Positions 10,164 through 20,634 of a stretch of 64,000 nucleotides of DNA are shown piece by piece. Source of the DNA: an uncultured Acidimicrobiia bacterium. GTDB lineage: Bacteria > Actinomycetota > Acidimicrobiia > IMCC26256 > CAWATG01. The DNA lies in contig CAWATG010000001.1 of assembly GCA_963785035.1 (NCBI GenBank), positions 22,744-86,743 of the forward strand. Reading direction: 5' to 3'. The notes below the pieces were generated by a model, which saw only the letters and a program-made list of their open reading frames with translations, was not told where the DNA came from and searched no databases. Both the position numbers and the translations under genes were made by a program. Within the stretch, counting starts at the first letter, position 1; every line of letters starts with the position of its first letter.

Positions 10164-11982
10164 ATGCACATGGCGAGCGAAGAGCTTGATCGCCGCGTTC
10201 ACGGGCAAACCCTCGTCACGCGATTCCTCGAAACCGTCGGGGAAAGGGCTGACAAGGTTGCGGTGCGATCAAAACGTGCTGATGGAACATGGTGGGAGTT
10301 GACCTGGACTGAGCTTGCCTCCAACGTTGCGGAGCTGGCGTACGGCCTTACGCAGCTCGGCATCCAGCGTGACGATCGCGTCGCGTTGCTCATGCGGAAC
10401 CGACCCGAGTTCTTCGTATGTGATCTCGCGGTTCTCGTCGCAGGTTGTACGCCGATATCGGTTTACAACTCGTCGTCACCGGCACAGATTCAGTACCTGC
10501 TCCGCGAGGCCGGAGCGACCGCGGTCATCGTCGAAGATCCCGTGTATCTCTACCGGGTGATCGAGGTACACAAGGAGCTTCCCGAGCTCGAGCACATCAT
10601 CTTGATGGATGATCCCGACGGGCGCGCGCCGAGCGGCGTGCTCCACTACACCGATTTCTTTGGCACAGGATCCTTGGACCTGGTCGAGGCGGCGCGCAGA
10701 GTGCAGCCCGACGACGTCGCCACGATTATCTACACCTCGGGGACAACGGGCCCACCAAAGGGTGTGGTCCTTGACCACGCGAACATCTGCTGGACCGTGG
10801 AGAGTCTGAGAGTGCCGTTGGAGGGCTGGGATCCACGGGGCCGTCGCCTCGTGAGCTATCTGCCGCTGGCACATATTGCGGAGCGGATGGTCACCTACTA
10901 CCAGGGCGTGGTGCACGGATTTGAAGTGACGATGTGCCCAGATGCGAAGGAAGTCGTGACGTATCTGGGCGCGGTGAAGCCTGAGATCTTCTTCGGTGTC
11001 CCGCGGGTCTTCGAAAAGATGTCGGCGGCTGTGCATGCCATGGTTGCGGGAGACACCAATCGTGCATCGGAATTCCAAGTAGCGATTGACGTCGGTCTGA
11101 AGGCTGCGCATGCGCGCCTGGCGGGTACCGAGCTCAGCAGTGAAGTGGCCGCTGCCTGGGAGGAGGCTGAGTCGACGCAATTGCGTGGTGTCCGTCAGCT
11201 CCTCGGCCTCGATGCGGTGGAACTCGCGGTCAGTGGTGCTGCACCGCTCTCAGCTGAGGTCTTCAATTTCTTTCTGGCGCTTGGCGTGCCGATTTCGGAG
11301 ATCTACGGGATGTCGGAATCCTCCGGGCCGATCACGTGGGATCCGTTGCGGGTCAAAGCCGGCACGGTAGGTCGGGCGCTGCCGGGCGTCGAGCTGAAGT
11401 TGGCTTCCAACGGATCACGAGGTCATGTTTCGTGGGGGCAACGTATTTCGCGGCTACTTCAACGACGCGGACAAGACGGCCGAGGTCATCGATGAAGAGG
11501 GTTGGGTGCACACCGGCGACGTCGGTGAACTCGATGACGAGGGGTACTTGCGGATTGTGGATCGCAAGAAGGAGTTGATCATCACCTCCTCGGGCAAGAA
11601 CGTTTCTCCTGCCAATCTCGAGATGGCGATGACCGCAGCTCATCTGATCGGTCAATCGTGTGTCATCGGTGACCGACGTCCGTACCTGACGGCGTTGCTC
11701 GTGCTCGACCCGGACGTTGCGCCCGCCTGGGCAGCACAGCGCGGGATCACGTTCGAAACAATCGAGGAGCTTGCGCTGCACCCGGAGGTGCGGTCCGAGG
11801 TGGAGCGCGAGATCGCGGCTGCAAACGAGCGATTCTCCAACATCGAGCAGATCAAGCGGTTCACGCTGCTGGGTACGGAGTGGCTCGCCGACTCTGAGGA
11901 GCTGACGCCCACGATGAAGTTGCGGCGTCGCGGCATCCTCAAAAAGTACGAAGATCAGATCGAGGAGATGTACACGCGTTGA
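10164..11982 (+). CDS. long-chain fatty-acid-CoA ligase (AMP-forming), frame-disrupted as assembled
   Basis: AMP-binding motif YTSGTTGPPKGV, then GYFNDADKTAEVIDEEGWVHTGDVG and DRKKELIITSSGKNVSPANLE. The N-terminal part (10134-11495) and C-terminal part (11425-11982) are in different frames. The join lies near 11412-11413, at a GG. Confidence 0.8.
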
Positions 11983-12015
11983 TGCGATTGTTTCCCGGCG
12001 GTTGCCGTGTCACGC

Positions 12016-12878
12016 TCAGTCGAGACGGGCAACCTCGACGTGGTCGCGGCCACGCTCGCGGGCGACGTGGAGTGCCTGATCGAGACGCTCGAGGAGTTCG
12101 GCCGCGCTGAGCGCGTGCGATGGGTAGCAGGCGACAGCTGCGGAAATCGTGAGGTGCTGGCCGAGCGGCGATGCCATGAGGACTCCGCGGCACGCGTTCA
12201 ACGGCCCACACCGCGCCTGCCTCGGCCGTGTGCTCCAAGACGGTTCCGGCACCTGCAGCGCCGATGCGGCATGAGGTGTCACACTCTCGAAACGTCGCGC
12301 GTACGACCTCGCCCAGCGCCATCGCGGCGTCCTCTTGTACCGCGGGATCGGCATCACGCATGCCGTCAACCTCGAAGAGCACGATGGATACGGGTTGGAG
12401 GCCGCGGCCGGGCAGCGGCAACGCGCTGATAGACAAGAACAGAGAAGTAGCGCTCATCGAGCAGGCCCGTGCTCGGGTCGATGGCGTCATCCGGGGCGAC
12501 CGGTAGAGGCTCGCTTACCGGATCGGCGACCTGCTTTGCCTGTTGCTGTTCCTCTTCGAGGAAGTCGCGGGCGGCGCGCTCACGGGCATCTTCGACGTGG
12601 AGCAGCGCGAGGGCGTCGATGGCCTCCTGAAGGTGTCGGAGTTCGTCGTCGTGACGACGATTGCCTGAGGCAATTGCTGCGGTCGCCATCCCGGCGGTCA
12701 ATCCGGCAGCGCCCGCGAGCAGGCTCAATTCCGGACGGTCGAGGACAGCTCCCAACAGTCCTGCGGCCAGTGCCAATACGCCCGCGAACACCGACGTCAC
12801 CAGCCGGCGATCCATGCCTACCCATCCCATGCCTTCCCATCGGCGGTTAGATGCCATGGGTAAAGCCTTGTACCGCAT
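12016..12878 (-). pseudogene. membrane-anchored GGDEF-domain protein, two frameshifts and a degenerate signature
   Basis: The domain is spread over three minus-strand frames. The first has TM helices and DPSTGLLDERYF. The second has VSIVLFEVDG...RIGAAGAGTVLEHT in place of R-GGDEF. The third has LTISAAVACYP...ELLERLDQALHVARERGRDHV. Confidence 0.5.
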
Positions 12879-14856
12879 TCATGGGGCCAAATTCGCCCGA
12901 TATTCGAGCGCGAGGTCCACGAGATCGCTCACGATGTCGGACAACCGGTAGTCCTTTGGGGTGTAGATCCGGGCTACCCCCGCAGCAAGAAGTGCTTGTT
13001 TGTCATGTTCTGGGATGATGCCACCGACGACGACGGGGGCCTTGACGCCGGCTTCCTGCAGATGCCGGAGGGTGTCGCCGACCAGCTCGAGGTGTGAGCC
13101 CGAAAGGATGGAGAGCCCGATGATGTCGACGTCCTCGTCGCGTGCGGCGGCGGCAATCTCCAGGGTTGTCAGACGAATCCCCTGGTAGATCACTTCGATG
13201 CCGGCATCGCGGGCAGCGACAGCGATCTGTTCGGCGCCGTTCGAGTGTCCGTCGAGGCCGGGCTTTCCGACCAACATTCGCAGTGGATGTCCGACGGATC
13301 CAGCGGCGGGTGCGTCGTTGGTGCGGCTTCGCAGACCGAGTAGCCGCTCTGTCGGCGCGACGGTGGCGCCGTGACAGTCCGGTTGGGGCCCGGTATTCAC
13401 CGAAGGCCTCGCGCAGGACGTCGGCCCATTCCCCTACGGTCCCACCCACCCGGGCGAGTTCGATCGATGCAGGCATCAGATTGTCAGCGGTGGAGACGGT
13501 CGCTCGGAGTTGGGCGATCGCCTGTTTGACCGCCGAATCGTCGCGCTGCTCACGCCAGGCCCGAAGATGCGCGATCTGTTCGGATTCGGCAACGGGATCA
13601 AGTTCGAGGATCGAAGCCTGCGACGAACCAAGTAGTGGCGACGGTGCGGTCTCGACGTAACGGTTGACGCCGACCACTGATAGCTCGCCGGTCTCGATCG
13701 CGCGTACGCGCGCGGCGTGGCTCGCGACGATCCGCGCCTTGATGGCGTCGATCATCTCGAACGCGCCACCGCCGTCGAGCACCCACTGCAACTCCGTCGA
13801 CGCCTCTTCGACGAGCGACGCGGTTTTTGCTTCGACGACCTTCGAGCCTTCGAAGAGGTCGTCGTATTCAAGGAGGTCGGTCTCTTCGGCGAGTACCTGT
13901 TGAATTCGTAGGGACCACTGTTGGTCAATTGCGCGGGGGAGCCCAAGGGCTTCGTTCCAACATGGAAGTTGTACCGCCCGGGCGCGGGCGTCTTTGGAAA
14001 GCGTGACACCCAGCATTTCGAGAACGATCCGCTGGATGTTGTTCTCGGGTTGTGCCTCGGTCAAACCGAGCGAGTTCACCTGGACGCCATAGCGGAACCT
14101 GCGCAGCTTTGCATCGCTGACGCCGTAGCGCTCACGCGTGATGCTTTCCCACATCTGCGAGAAGGCGCGCATCTTGCACATCTCTTCGACGAATCGGATT
14201 CCCGCGTCGACGAAGAACGACACGCGGCCGACAACTTGAGGGAAATCCTCCGCCGAGACTTGGCCCGACGCGCGTACTGCGTCGAGTACGTCGACGGCCG
14301 TCGCGAGGCTATAGGCCAGCTCCTGGACAGGCGTCGCTCCGGCCTCCTGGAGGTGGTACGGACAGACGTTGATCGGGTTCCAACGTGGTGCGTGTTGCAC
14401 GGTGTAGGTGATGACATCGACAGTGAGGCGTTTCGACGCCTCGGGAGGAAAGATGTATGTCCCGCGCGAAAGATATTCCTTGACGATGTCGTTCTGGATC
14501 GTGCCGGAGAGTTGCCGTGGCGTAATTCCGCGGCTGTCCGCGAGCGCCAGGTACATGCCGAGCAACCACATCGCCGTGGCGTTGATGGTCATCGAGGTGT
14601 TCATGTCCTCGAGCGGGATCCCGTCGAAGAGCTTTGCCATTTCACCGAGGTGCGGTACCGGTACGCCAACCTTGCCGACCTCGCCGCGCGCGAGTGGATG
14701 ATCGGGGTCATAGCCCGTTTGCGTTGGTAGGTCGAACGCAACCGAAAGGCCCGTCTGACCTTTCGCGAGGTTCGTCCGGTACAGCTCATTCGACGCCTTG
14801 GCCGAAGAGTGGCCCGAGTAGGTGCGCATGAGCCAAGGCTGGTCGCGGGCGCTCAT
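12879..14856 (-). CDS. ecm: ethylmalonyl-CoA mutase (MeaA/Ecm type, catalytic plus B12-binding domains), frame-disrupted at the domain linker
   Basis: The N-terminus PWLMRTYSGHSSAKASNELYRTNLAKGQTGLSVAFDLPTQTGYDPDH and the remaining catalytic part are collinear with Ecm as I recall it. The B12 domain VGKPGLDGHSNGAEQIA is in a different frame (ORF 12879-13400). The total length of 1978 nt is not a multiple of 3. Confidence 0.85.
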
Positions 14857-14910
14857 CGCACAATTCTCGTCGGCGGGGGCCGCTGCCGACGTACCCGGGG
14901 CATGTGGTCG

Positions 14911-15789
14911 TCAGCTCGGCTGCGGCGCGGACGACTTCCTCGGGTATTCGTAAAAGCCTTGCCCGGTCTTGCGGCCGAGCATCTGGGCACCGACCATCCG
15001 TCGGATCAGCGGAGCAGCTGAGTAGTTGGCGTCGCCGAACTCGGCATGGAGGACATCGATGATCGAAAGGCTTGTATCGAGTCCGACGAGATCGAGCAGC
15101 TCCAAGGGGCCCAGCGGAAAGCTGCACGCCCCTTTCATGGCGCTGTCAATGTGGTCGCGCGAGGCGATGCCGCTCTCGAGGAGTTTCACTGCGTTGTTCA
15201 GGTACGGGAAAAGGAGTCTGTTGACGATGAAGCCGGCCTCGTCGCGCACGACGACGCTTGACCTGCCACACGAGGTCGCGAATTCGGTCGCAGCGGCAAT
15301 CGTCGCATCCGAGGTGGTGATCGCGCGCACAATTTCGACGAGCGGCATCATCGGTGCAGGATTGAAGAAGTGAATGCCGCACACGCGCTCGGGGTGCTGT
15401 GTTTGCATGGCGATCTCGACAACTGCCAGCGACGAGGTGTTGGTCACGAGAATCGCGTGTTCGCCGACGACGCGGTCGAGTTCCGCGAAGAGGGCCTGTT
15501 TGACCGCGAGTTCCTCGGTGACAGACTCGATGACAAGGTCACAATCAGCTAATTCTGCGAGGTCTGTGACGGGTATCACCCGAGCCAGCGTGCTGTCCCG
15601 GTCGCTTGTCAGAAGTTTGCCCTTCTCAACCTGACGTGTGAGGGAACGCGTCACCGAGGAGAGCGCCGCTTCGGCTCCCGAGGCCGACCGGCTCCTGAGG
15701 ACGACTTCGAACCCATTTGCTGCGACAACCTCGGCAATACCTGAACCCATGATCCCTGAACCGATCACCCCAACGCGCTTGATGGTCAT
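14911..15789 (-). CDS. hbd: 3-hydroxybutyryl-CoA / 3-hydroxyacyl-CoA dehydrogenase (NAD-dependent)
   Basis: Rossmann motif VGVIGSGIMGSGIAEV, then HFFNPAPMMPLVEIV and GFIVNRLLFPYLN. The ATG at 15789 gives the canonical N-terminus (ORF open to 15873). Confidence 0.85.
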   Translation of the reverse strand: MTIKRVGVIGSGIMGSGIAEVVAANGFEVVLRSRSASGAEAALSSVTRSLTRQVEKGKLLTSDRDSTLARVIPVTDLAELADCDLVIESVTEELAVKQALFAELDRVVGEHAILVTNTSSLAVVEIAMQTQHPERVCGIHFFNPAPMMPLVEIVRAITTSDATIAAATEFATSCGRSSVVVRDEAGFIVNRLLFPYLNNAVKLLESGIASRDHIDSAMKGACSFPLGPLELLDLVGLDTSLSIIDVLHAEFGDANYSAAPLIRRMVGAQMLGRKTGQGFYEYPRKSSAPQPS

Positions 15790-15910
15790 GGGTGGGTCCT
15801 CCAGTTCAAGGTGGCCTAGCGGGGGAATGGCCAGAGTACCGAAGCCGACCCTTCCTCTCCAGGGGGTGTTCATGCGGATGACCTGGACGTCCCCGATAGG
15901 CTCGACCTCG

Positions 15911-16624
15911 ATGAGCGCGCAGAGGACAGCAGGTCAATCACCGATCGCAGCCGGGACGCTTGCGCTCGTCGGCGGCGGCGAGTGGAACGAAGGTTGTACA
16001 GGTTTCGATCAGGAGCTCTTGGCAACCAGTGGCGGCACCGAGGTGGTCGTGATTCCTGCGGCCGCTGCCTATGAGTATCCCGACAAGGTCGTGGAACGTG
16101 CCGTGGCCTACTTCGCGGCGCTGGGCGCCACGGTACGGCCGCTGATGGTTCTCAGCCGCCGTGATGCCCAGGATGCAGAGATGGTCGGGGTTGTCGCGGC
16201 GTCGCGCTTTGTCTATTTGGCAGACGGGTCACCCATGCATCTGCGATCGGTGCTCAAGGGATCAGCGTTGGTCGACGCGCTCTTCAAGGTGTGTGGCGCC
16301 GGCGGGGTGGTCGCCGCGTCGGGAGCGGGGGCCACGGTGTTGTGCGACCCGATGGTCGATCCTCGTGGCGGGGCCTACACCGTGGGCCTCGGCATGGTCG
16401 AGAACCTTGCGGTCTTCCCGTATCACGGAACGGCCGCAGCTCACCTCCTTGACCGTTCGGTCGAGCTGTTGCCCGCAACGGCGACGCTCGTCGGTATCGA
16501 GGACCAGACGGCGCTGGTGCACGCGCCGAATGGGACCTGGACGGTCAAGGGTGTCGGAACCGTGTCGGTGTATCGCGGTGGAGATCCCGAAATCGTGGTC
16601 TCGGGAAATTCGCTCACGCTCTGA
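15911..16624 (+). CDS. peptidase S51 / cyanophycinase-like (type 1 glutamine amidotransferase-like fold) protein
   Basis: LALVGGGEW, VVVIPAAAAY, the FVYLADGSPMHL turn and AASGAGATVL resemble the S51 family. The upstream part of ORF 15638-16624 is antisense to hbd and is discounted. Confidence 0.45.
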   Translation: MSAQRTAGQSPIAAGTLALVGGGEWNEGCTGFDQELLATSGGTEVVVIPAAAAYEYPDKVVERAVAYFAALGATVRPLMVLSRRDAQDAEMVGVVAASRFVYLADGSPMHLRSVLKGSALVDALFKVCGAGGVVAASGAGATVLCDPMVDPRGGAYTVGLGMVENLAVFPYHGTAAAHLLDRSVELLPATATLVGIEDQTALVHAPNGTWTVKGVGTVSVYRGGDPEIVVSGNSLTL

Positions 16625-16632
16625 CGTTGCCG

Positions 16633-17499
16633 CTACTCGTCTGCCTCGATCGTCGAGGGAGGGCCGTCGATCGTGACCTTCGTCATCTTCACCGGCTTGG
16701 TCGGGGCGCCGTCGCCTGACTCGGGAACGAGCGCCGCAATCTTGTCGACGACGTCGCTGCCACCCGTTACATGTCCGAACACCCCGTACAAGTAGGGCTT
16801 CGTATTGAAAGTGGTGAGCGCCTTTTCGTCGGTGATGATGAAGAACTGCGATCCGGCCGATCCAGGCTTGGCTTGACTTGTCTTGGCATACGCCAGGTCA
16901 CCGACCTTGAAGCCCTCTTTCGGAAGCTCGGAGACAAAGGTGTATCCGGGGCCGCCGCTGCCGTCGCCGTTGGGGTCTCCGCCTTGGATCACAAAATCTC
17001 TTGCAATCCGGTGAAACGACGTCCCGTCATAGGCGCCCTTGCGAGCCAGGGTGACGAAGTTGTTCGCGCCCCATTTGGCGTTCTTCGCGTCGAGCGAAGC
17101 TGTGATGGTGCCTTCCGTTGTCTCGATGGTCGCCGTGTAGGTCCCGTTCGGATCGATCTGCAGCGCCGGACTATCGGTTGGGGGCTTCGAGCTCGCCTCC
17201 TTGGCGGAGCTGGTTGAGCCCGCCTTTTTCCCCGGCTTTGCGGCCTTTGCGGCGTCGTCCGAGCCACCGAAGACGTTCAGTGCGACCAGCAGCAACACGA
17301 GGGGCACCACCACCAGGAGTACGTTGCGGATGGTCTTGGTGGTCCGCTGGCGTTTCTTGGCAGCTTCGAGGGCTGCTCGCCCGGCTTCACGATTCTGGCG
17401 TTGGCGTTCGCGCTTATTGGATTTGGACACGGCGGGTGAGTGTACTCCCGTCGGTGCCAATTCTGGGTGTGGCGTCCGGCCCGGAAACGGCTCATTCAT
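16633..17499 (-). CDS. membrane-anchored cyclophilin-type peptidyl-prolyl cis-trans isomerase
   Basis: It has an N-terminal basic region and a TM helix ([18 protein letters not shown]). The cyclophilin core has [22 protein letters not shown] and SQFFI. An alternative GTG start at 17427 is possible. Confidence 0.85.
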   Translation of the reverse strand: MNEPFPGRTPHPELAPTGVHSPAVSKSNKRERQRQNREAGRAALEAAKKRQRTTKTIRNVLLVVVPLVLLLVALNVFGGSDDAAKAAKPGKKAGSTSSAKEASSKPPTDSPALQIDPNGTYTATIETTEGTITASLDAKNAKWGANNFVTLARKGAYDGTSFHRIARDFVIQGGDPNGDGSGGPGYTFVSELPKEGFKVGDLAYAKTSQAKPGSAGSQFFIITDEKALTTFNTKPYLYGVFGHVTGGSDVVDKIAALVPESGDGAPTKPVKMTKVTIDGPPSTIEADE

Positions 17500-17505
17500 T
17501 TCAAG

Positions 17506-18750
17506 ATGTCACTGGTAGTTTTGCCTGCCGTGAACCCGCTCATCGTTCAGAAATTTGGCGGATCGTCCGTTGCCGATCCTGACCGCATTCGCGCTGTTGC
17601 TGCCCATATCGTGCAGACCAGGCGGGCTGGTAACGGAGTAGTCGTTGTTGTCTCGGCAATGGGCAGGACGACCGACGATCTTGTCCGACTGGCGTATGAC
17701 GTCTCGGCGGCTCCATCGGCTCGTGAGCTCGACATGTTGTTGACGTCCGGTGAGCGCATTTCGATCGCGTTGCTTTGCATGGCGATCATCGACCTCGGTG
17801 AGCAGGCGGTGTCCTTCACGGGTTCACAGGCCGGCATCGTGACAGACACAGATCACGGAAAAGCCAAGATCCTCGAAGTCAAGGGCGAGCGGTTGCGCGC
17901 CGTGCTTGCCGAGGGCGGTATTGCGGTCGTCGCCGGGTTCCAGGGTGTCTCGACGGATCGGGCGGTGACAACACTTGGGCGTGGGGGTTCGGATACGACT
18001 GCGGTCGCGCTCGCGTCGGCACTCGGCGCCGAAGTGTGTGAGATCTACACCGATGTGACGGGCGTGTTCACAGCGGATCCGCGCATCATCGGTGATGCTC
18101 GTCGTCTTGAGCGAGTCTCCTACGAAGAGATGTTGGAGATGGCTGCGACAGGTGGTCGCGTCTTGGCTTTGCGGTCCGTCGAGTTCGCTCGCAACTACCG
18201 AGTCGCAGTGCATGTGCGTTCGAGCTTCACGTGGGAGCCGGGAACTTGGGTAGGAGAGGAACACTCCACAATGGAACAGGCAATTGTCTCGGGTGTGACG
18301 CACGATATTTCTGAAGCAAAAGTCACCATTGAACGCGTACCCGACCAGCCGGGCGTCGCGGCGAGGCTGTTTCGGGTACTGGCAGACAACGCCGTCAATG
18401 TCGACATGATCGTTCAGAACGTGTCGCACGATGGCTTGACGGATATTTCCTTCACTGTGCCGAAAGACGAGTTGGATCGCGCGTTGCGCGTGGTGAGCGA
18501 TGTGTCGCGTGAAATGAACGCTGGTGAGGTGCGTCATGATCTCGAGGTAGGACGCGTCTCGCTCATCGGCGCGGGTATGCGATCGAACCCCGGTGTTGCG
18601 GCGACGATGTTCGAGACGTTGGCGAAGGAAGGTGTCAACATCCAGATGATCTCGACGTCGTCGATTCGCATCAGCTGCGTGATTCAGGCGACGCATGTCG
18701 AGCGCGCCGTGCGGGTGTTGCATGACGTCTTCGAGCTCGGGGCCACCTGA
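17506..18750 (+). CDS. ask: aspartate kinase
   Basis: [15 protein letters not shown], the kinase domain, and two C-terminal ACT domains. The ORF is open from 17440. A GTG at 17530 is also possible. Confidence 0.9.
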   Translation: MSLVVLPAVNPLIVQKFGGSSVADPDRIRAVAAHIVQTRRAGNGVVVVVSAMGRTTDDLVRLAYDVSAAPSARELDMLLTSGERISIALLCMAIIDLGEQAVSFTGSQAGIVTDTDHGKAKILEVKGERLRAVLAEGGIAVVAGFQGVSTDRAVTTLGRGGSDTTAVALASALGAEVCEIYTDVTGVFTADPRIIGDARRLERVSYEEMLEMAATGGRVLALRSVEFARNYRVAVHVRSSFTWEPGTWVGEEHSTMEQAIVSGVTHDISEAKVTIERVPDQPGVAARLFRVLADNAVNVDMIVQNVSHDGLTDISFTVPKDELDRALRVVSDVSREMNAGEVRHDLEVGRVSLIGAGMRSNPGVAATMFETLAKEGVNIQMISTSSIRISCVIQATHVERAVRVLHDVFELGAT

Positions 18751-19793
18751 TGGACGGCGCGCGTGTCGGCCTGATCGGCGCGACTGGTCTCGTGGGTACC
18801 GAGATGCTGCGTACCTTGGAAAGGCGCTTGTTTCCCATCGAGGAGTTGCGAGCGTTTGCTTCGCAGCGTTCGGAAGGTCGGGAGTTGCCCTTCGCCGGCG
18901 GCGGTGTCACATGTCGCGTCCTCGCCGATGGTTGTTTCGATGGGCTGGATCTCGTGATCGTCGATGTCGATGACCCGATCGCACTCGAGTGGGCGCCGCG
19001 AGCTGTCGCTGCAGGAGCGCGCGTGATCGACAACTCTGCTGCGTTTCGTTCGGATCCTGAGGTGCCGCTGGTTGTTGCCGAGGTCAATGGCGAAGACCTG
19101 AAGTCGCTGCCCAAGGGTATTGCGTCGTGCCCAAATTGCACGACGATGGTCCTGATGGTCGCGCTCGCTCCGTTGCATCGGGCGGCCCGCATCGATCGGA
19201 TTGTCGTTTCGACGTACCAGTCGGTCTCGGGCGCCGGTCAACCTGGGATGCGTGAACTTGGCGAGCAGTGGGTGGATGCAGCGCAGGCCGACCTCCTTGG
19301 GCGTTTTGCCGCAGCCGGGACGACGGCGGTCGCCACCGCGCCTGGAGCCGTCTGGCAGCGACCGATTGCCGGCAACGTCATCCCGCTCGCAGGATCGGTG
19401 CGGGAAGGCGGTTACACCTCCGAAGAGTGGAAGTTGGTGAGCGAAACCCGAAAGATTCTTCACGACGAGGCAATTGGCGTGGCCGCAACGTGCGTCAGAG
19501 TTCCTGTCTTCGTGGGGCATGCCCTGTCGGTGAACGTCTCGTTCCATCGCGACATGACCCGGCTCGAAGCCGTCGAACTCCTCGCCGAGGCGCCCGGCGT
19601 TGTGCTGGACGACGAGGGCCGCGGCTATCCCACCCCATTGGAAGCGGCAGGGATCGACCCGGTGATCGTTGGTCGGCTCCGGGAGGATCCCTCTCTCGAG
19701 GGGGCCCTGAATCTTTGGGTGACGGGTGACAACCTTCGCAAGGGCGCTGCCCTCAACGCGGTCCAAATGGCGGAGATCCTCCACGGAATCTGA
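18750..19793 (+). CDS. asd: aspartate-semialdehyde dehydrogenase
   Basis: VGLIGATGLVGTEM, the active-site context SCPNCTTM, and QSVSGAG. The start overlaps the ask stop by 1 nt. Confidence 0.9.
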   Translation: MDGARVGLIGATGLVGTEMLRTLERRLFPIEELRAFASQRSEGRELPFAGGGVTCRVLADGCFDGLDLVIVDVDDPIALEWAPRAVAAGARVIDNSAAFRSDPEVPLVVAEVNGEDLKSLPKGIASCPNCTTMVLMVALAPLHRAARIDRIVVSTYQSVSGAGQPGMRELGEQWVDAAQADLLGRFAAAGTTAVATAPGAVWQRPIAGNVIPLAGSVREGGYTSEEWKLVSETRKILHDEAIGVAATCVRVPVFVGHALSVNVSFHRDMTRLEAVELLAEAPGVVLDDEGRGYPTPLEAAGIDPVIVGRLREDPSLEGALNLWVTGDNLRKGAALNAVQMAEILHGI

Positions 19794-19918
19794 CGGGTGC
19801 AGGCGGTCACTGAAAGATCGCGTCGAATCGGGCCATTAGCGCTCAAGATCGTGTGCAGGGTTGTCGACATAACTTATGCGCCAAAATGCGCACATCCATA
19901 TACCAAGGACGGTGTCGG

Positions 19919-20437
19919 ATGACCGATGGCATTGGGCCAGTTGGCGGCGCACCCGTTGCTCCGAAGTCCAACGCGCTGCCCGCACCTGCCGAGTACGGCA
20001 GACCCACTCCAACGCAGCCCACGAACGCGGCTGAAGTCGATCTCTCGTTGCCTGCCTCCTCGGCGCTTCCCAGTGATGGGGTCTCCGACGACAAGAAGGC
20101 GATTGCGACCAGGGCCAGCGAGGCCTCGTTCCTTGCGGCCCGGCGCGCATCGTTGATGAGCAGCGTCGTGCAGGCGAACATCGTTTCTGCTCTGCGTGTC
20201 GGTCCGGAAGCACCGGCGGATTCGAGTGATTTCTCGAGTGGTTCGCCGCCGTTCCTGTCGCTGTACTCGCAGTACGGGACGAGCCTCGCGGGATCCGGCG
20301 GCATCACGGTTGCGTCGCAGTACGCGCCACATGTGCCGGCCACGCCCACCCAGCCTGGGGCAGCGGCTGCCATGTTCGCCAAACTCGCTCCCGTTGCGCC
20401 GCCCACAAAAACCGAGTTCGACAACAACGGCCTGTAG
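19919..20437 (+). CDS. hypothetical Pro/Ala/Ser-rich protein
   Basis: Third-position GC bias favours the + frame over the overlapping minus ORF (19843-20607). I recognise no motif. A palindrome follows at 20465-20492. Confidence 0.3.
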   Translation: MTDGIGPVGGAPVAPKSNALPAPAEYGRPTPTQPTNAAEVDLSLPASSALPSDGVSDDKKAIATRASEASFLAARRASLMSSVVQANIVSALRVGPEAPADSSDFSSGSPPFLSLYSQYGTSLAGSGGITVASQYAPHVPATPTQPGAAAAMFAKLAPVAPPTKTEFDNNGL

Positions 20438-20504
20438 CGCGTTCGCACTGTGCTCTGAACCTGATCAGGGGTACCCCTGAGGGGACCCCTGACTCGCGGT
20501 TTGT

Positions 20505-20533
20505 CGGTCGGGATGCCGGGATTCGAACCCGGG
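20505..20533 (-). repeat. orphan copy of the tRNA-Pro 3' end (T-arm plus acceptor), att-like
   Basis: cggtcgggatgccgggattcgaacccggg is identical to 23827-23855. The adjacent sequence does not fold into a D arm or anticodon arm, and no matching 5' acceptor strand is present. Confidence 0.8.
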
Positions 20534-20634
20534 CCGACTGCTTCAGCAGAGTCCTGTCCGTCTATCGCGAGACGGTCGAAGCAATGCGAGAGCGCTACTT
20601 GCGGCACATCCTGTCTTATGGAATCACGGCGCCG

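Noticed and set aside
12879-13400. Stand-alone B12-binding small subunit gene
   Set aside because: The upstream catalytic frame lacks a nearby stop. The two parts are collinear with single-chain Ecm, so I treat them as one gene with an indel (the alternative is kept in findings).
20508-20613. A second, complete tRNA (possibly long-arm or tRNA-like) at the distal repeat
   Set aside because: Only the T arm and 3' acceptor strand are present. The candidate 5' acceptor (AGGATG) mismatches and would make a 106-nt molecule. The internal hairpins have 4- and 6-nt loops rather than a 7-nt anticodon loop.
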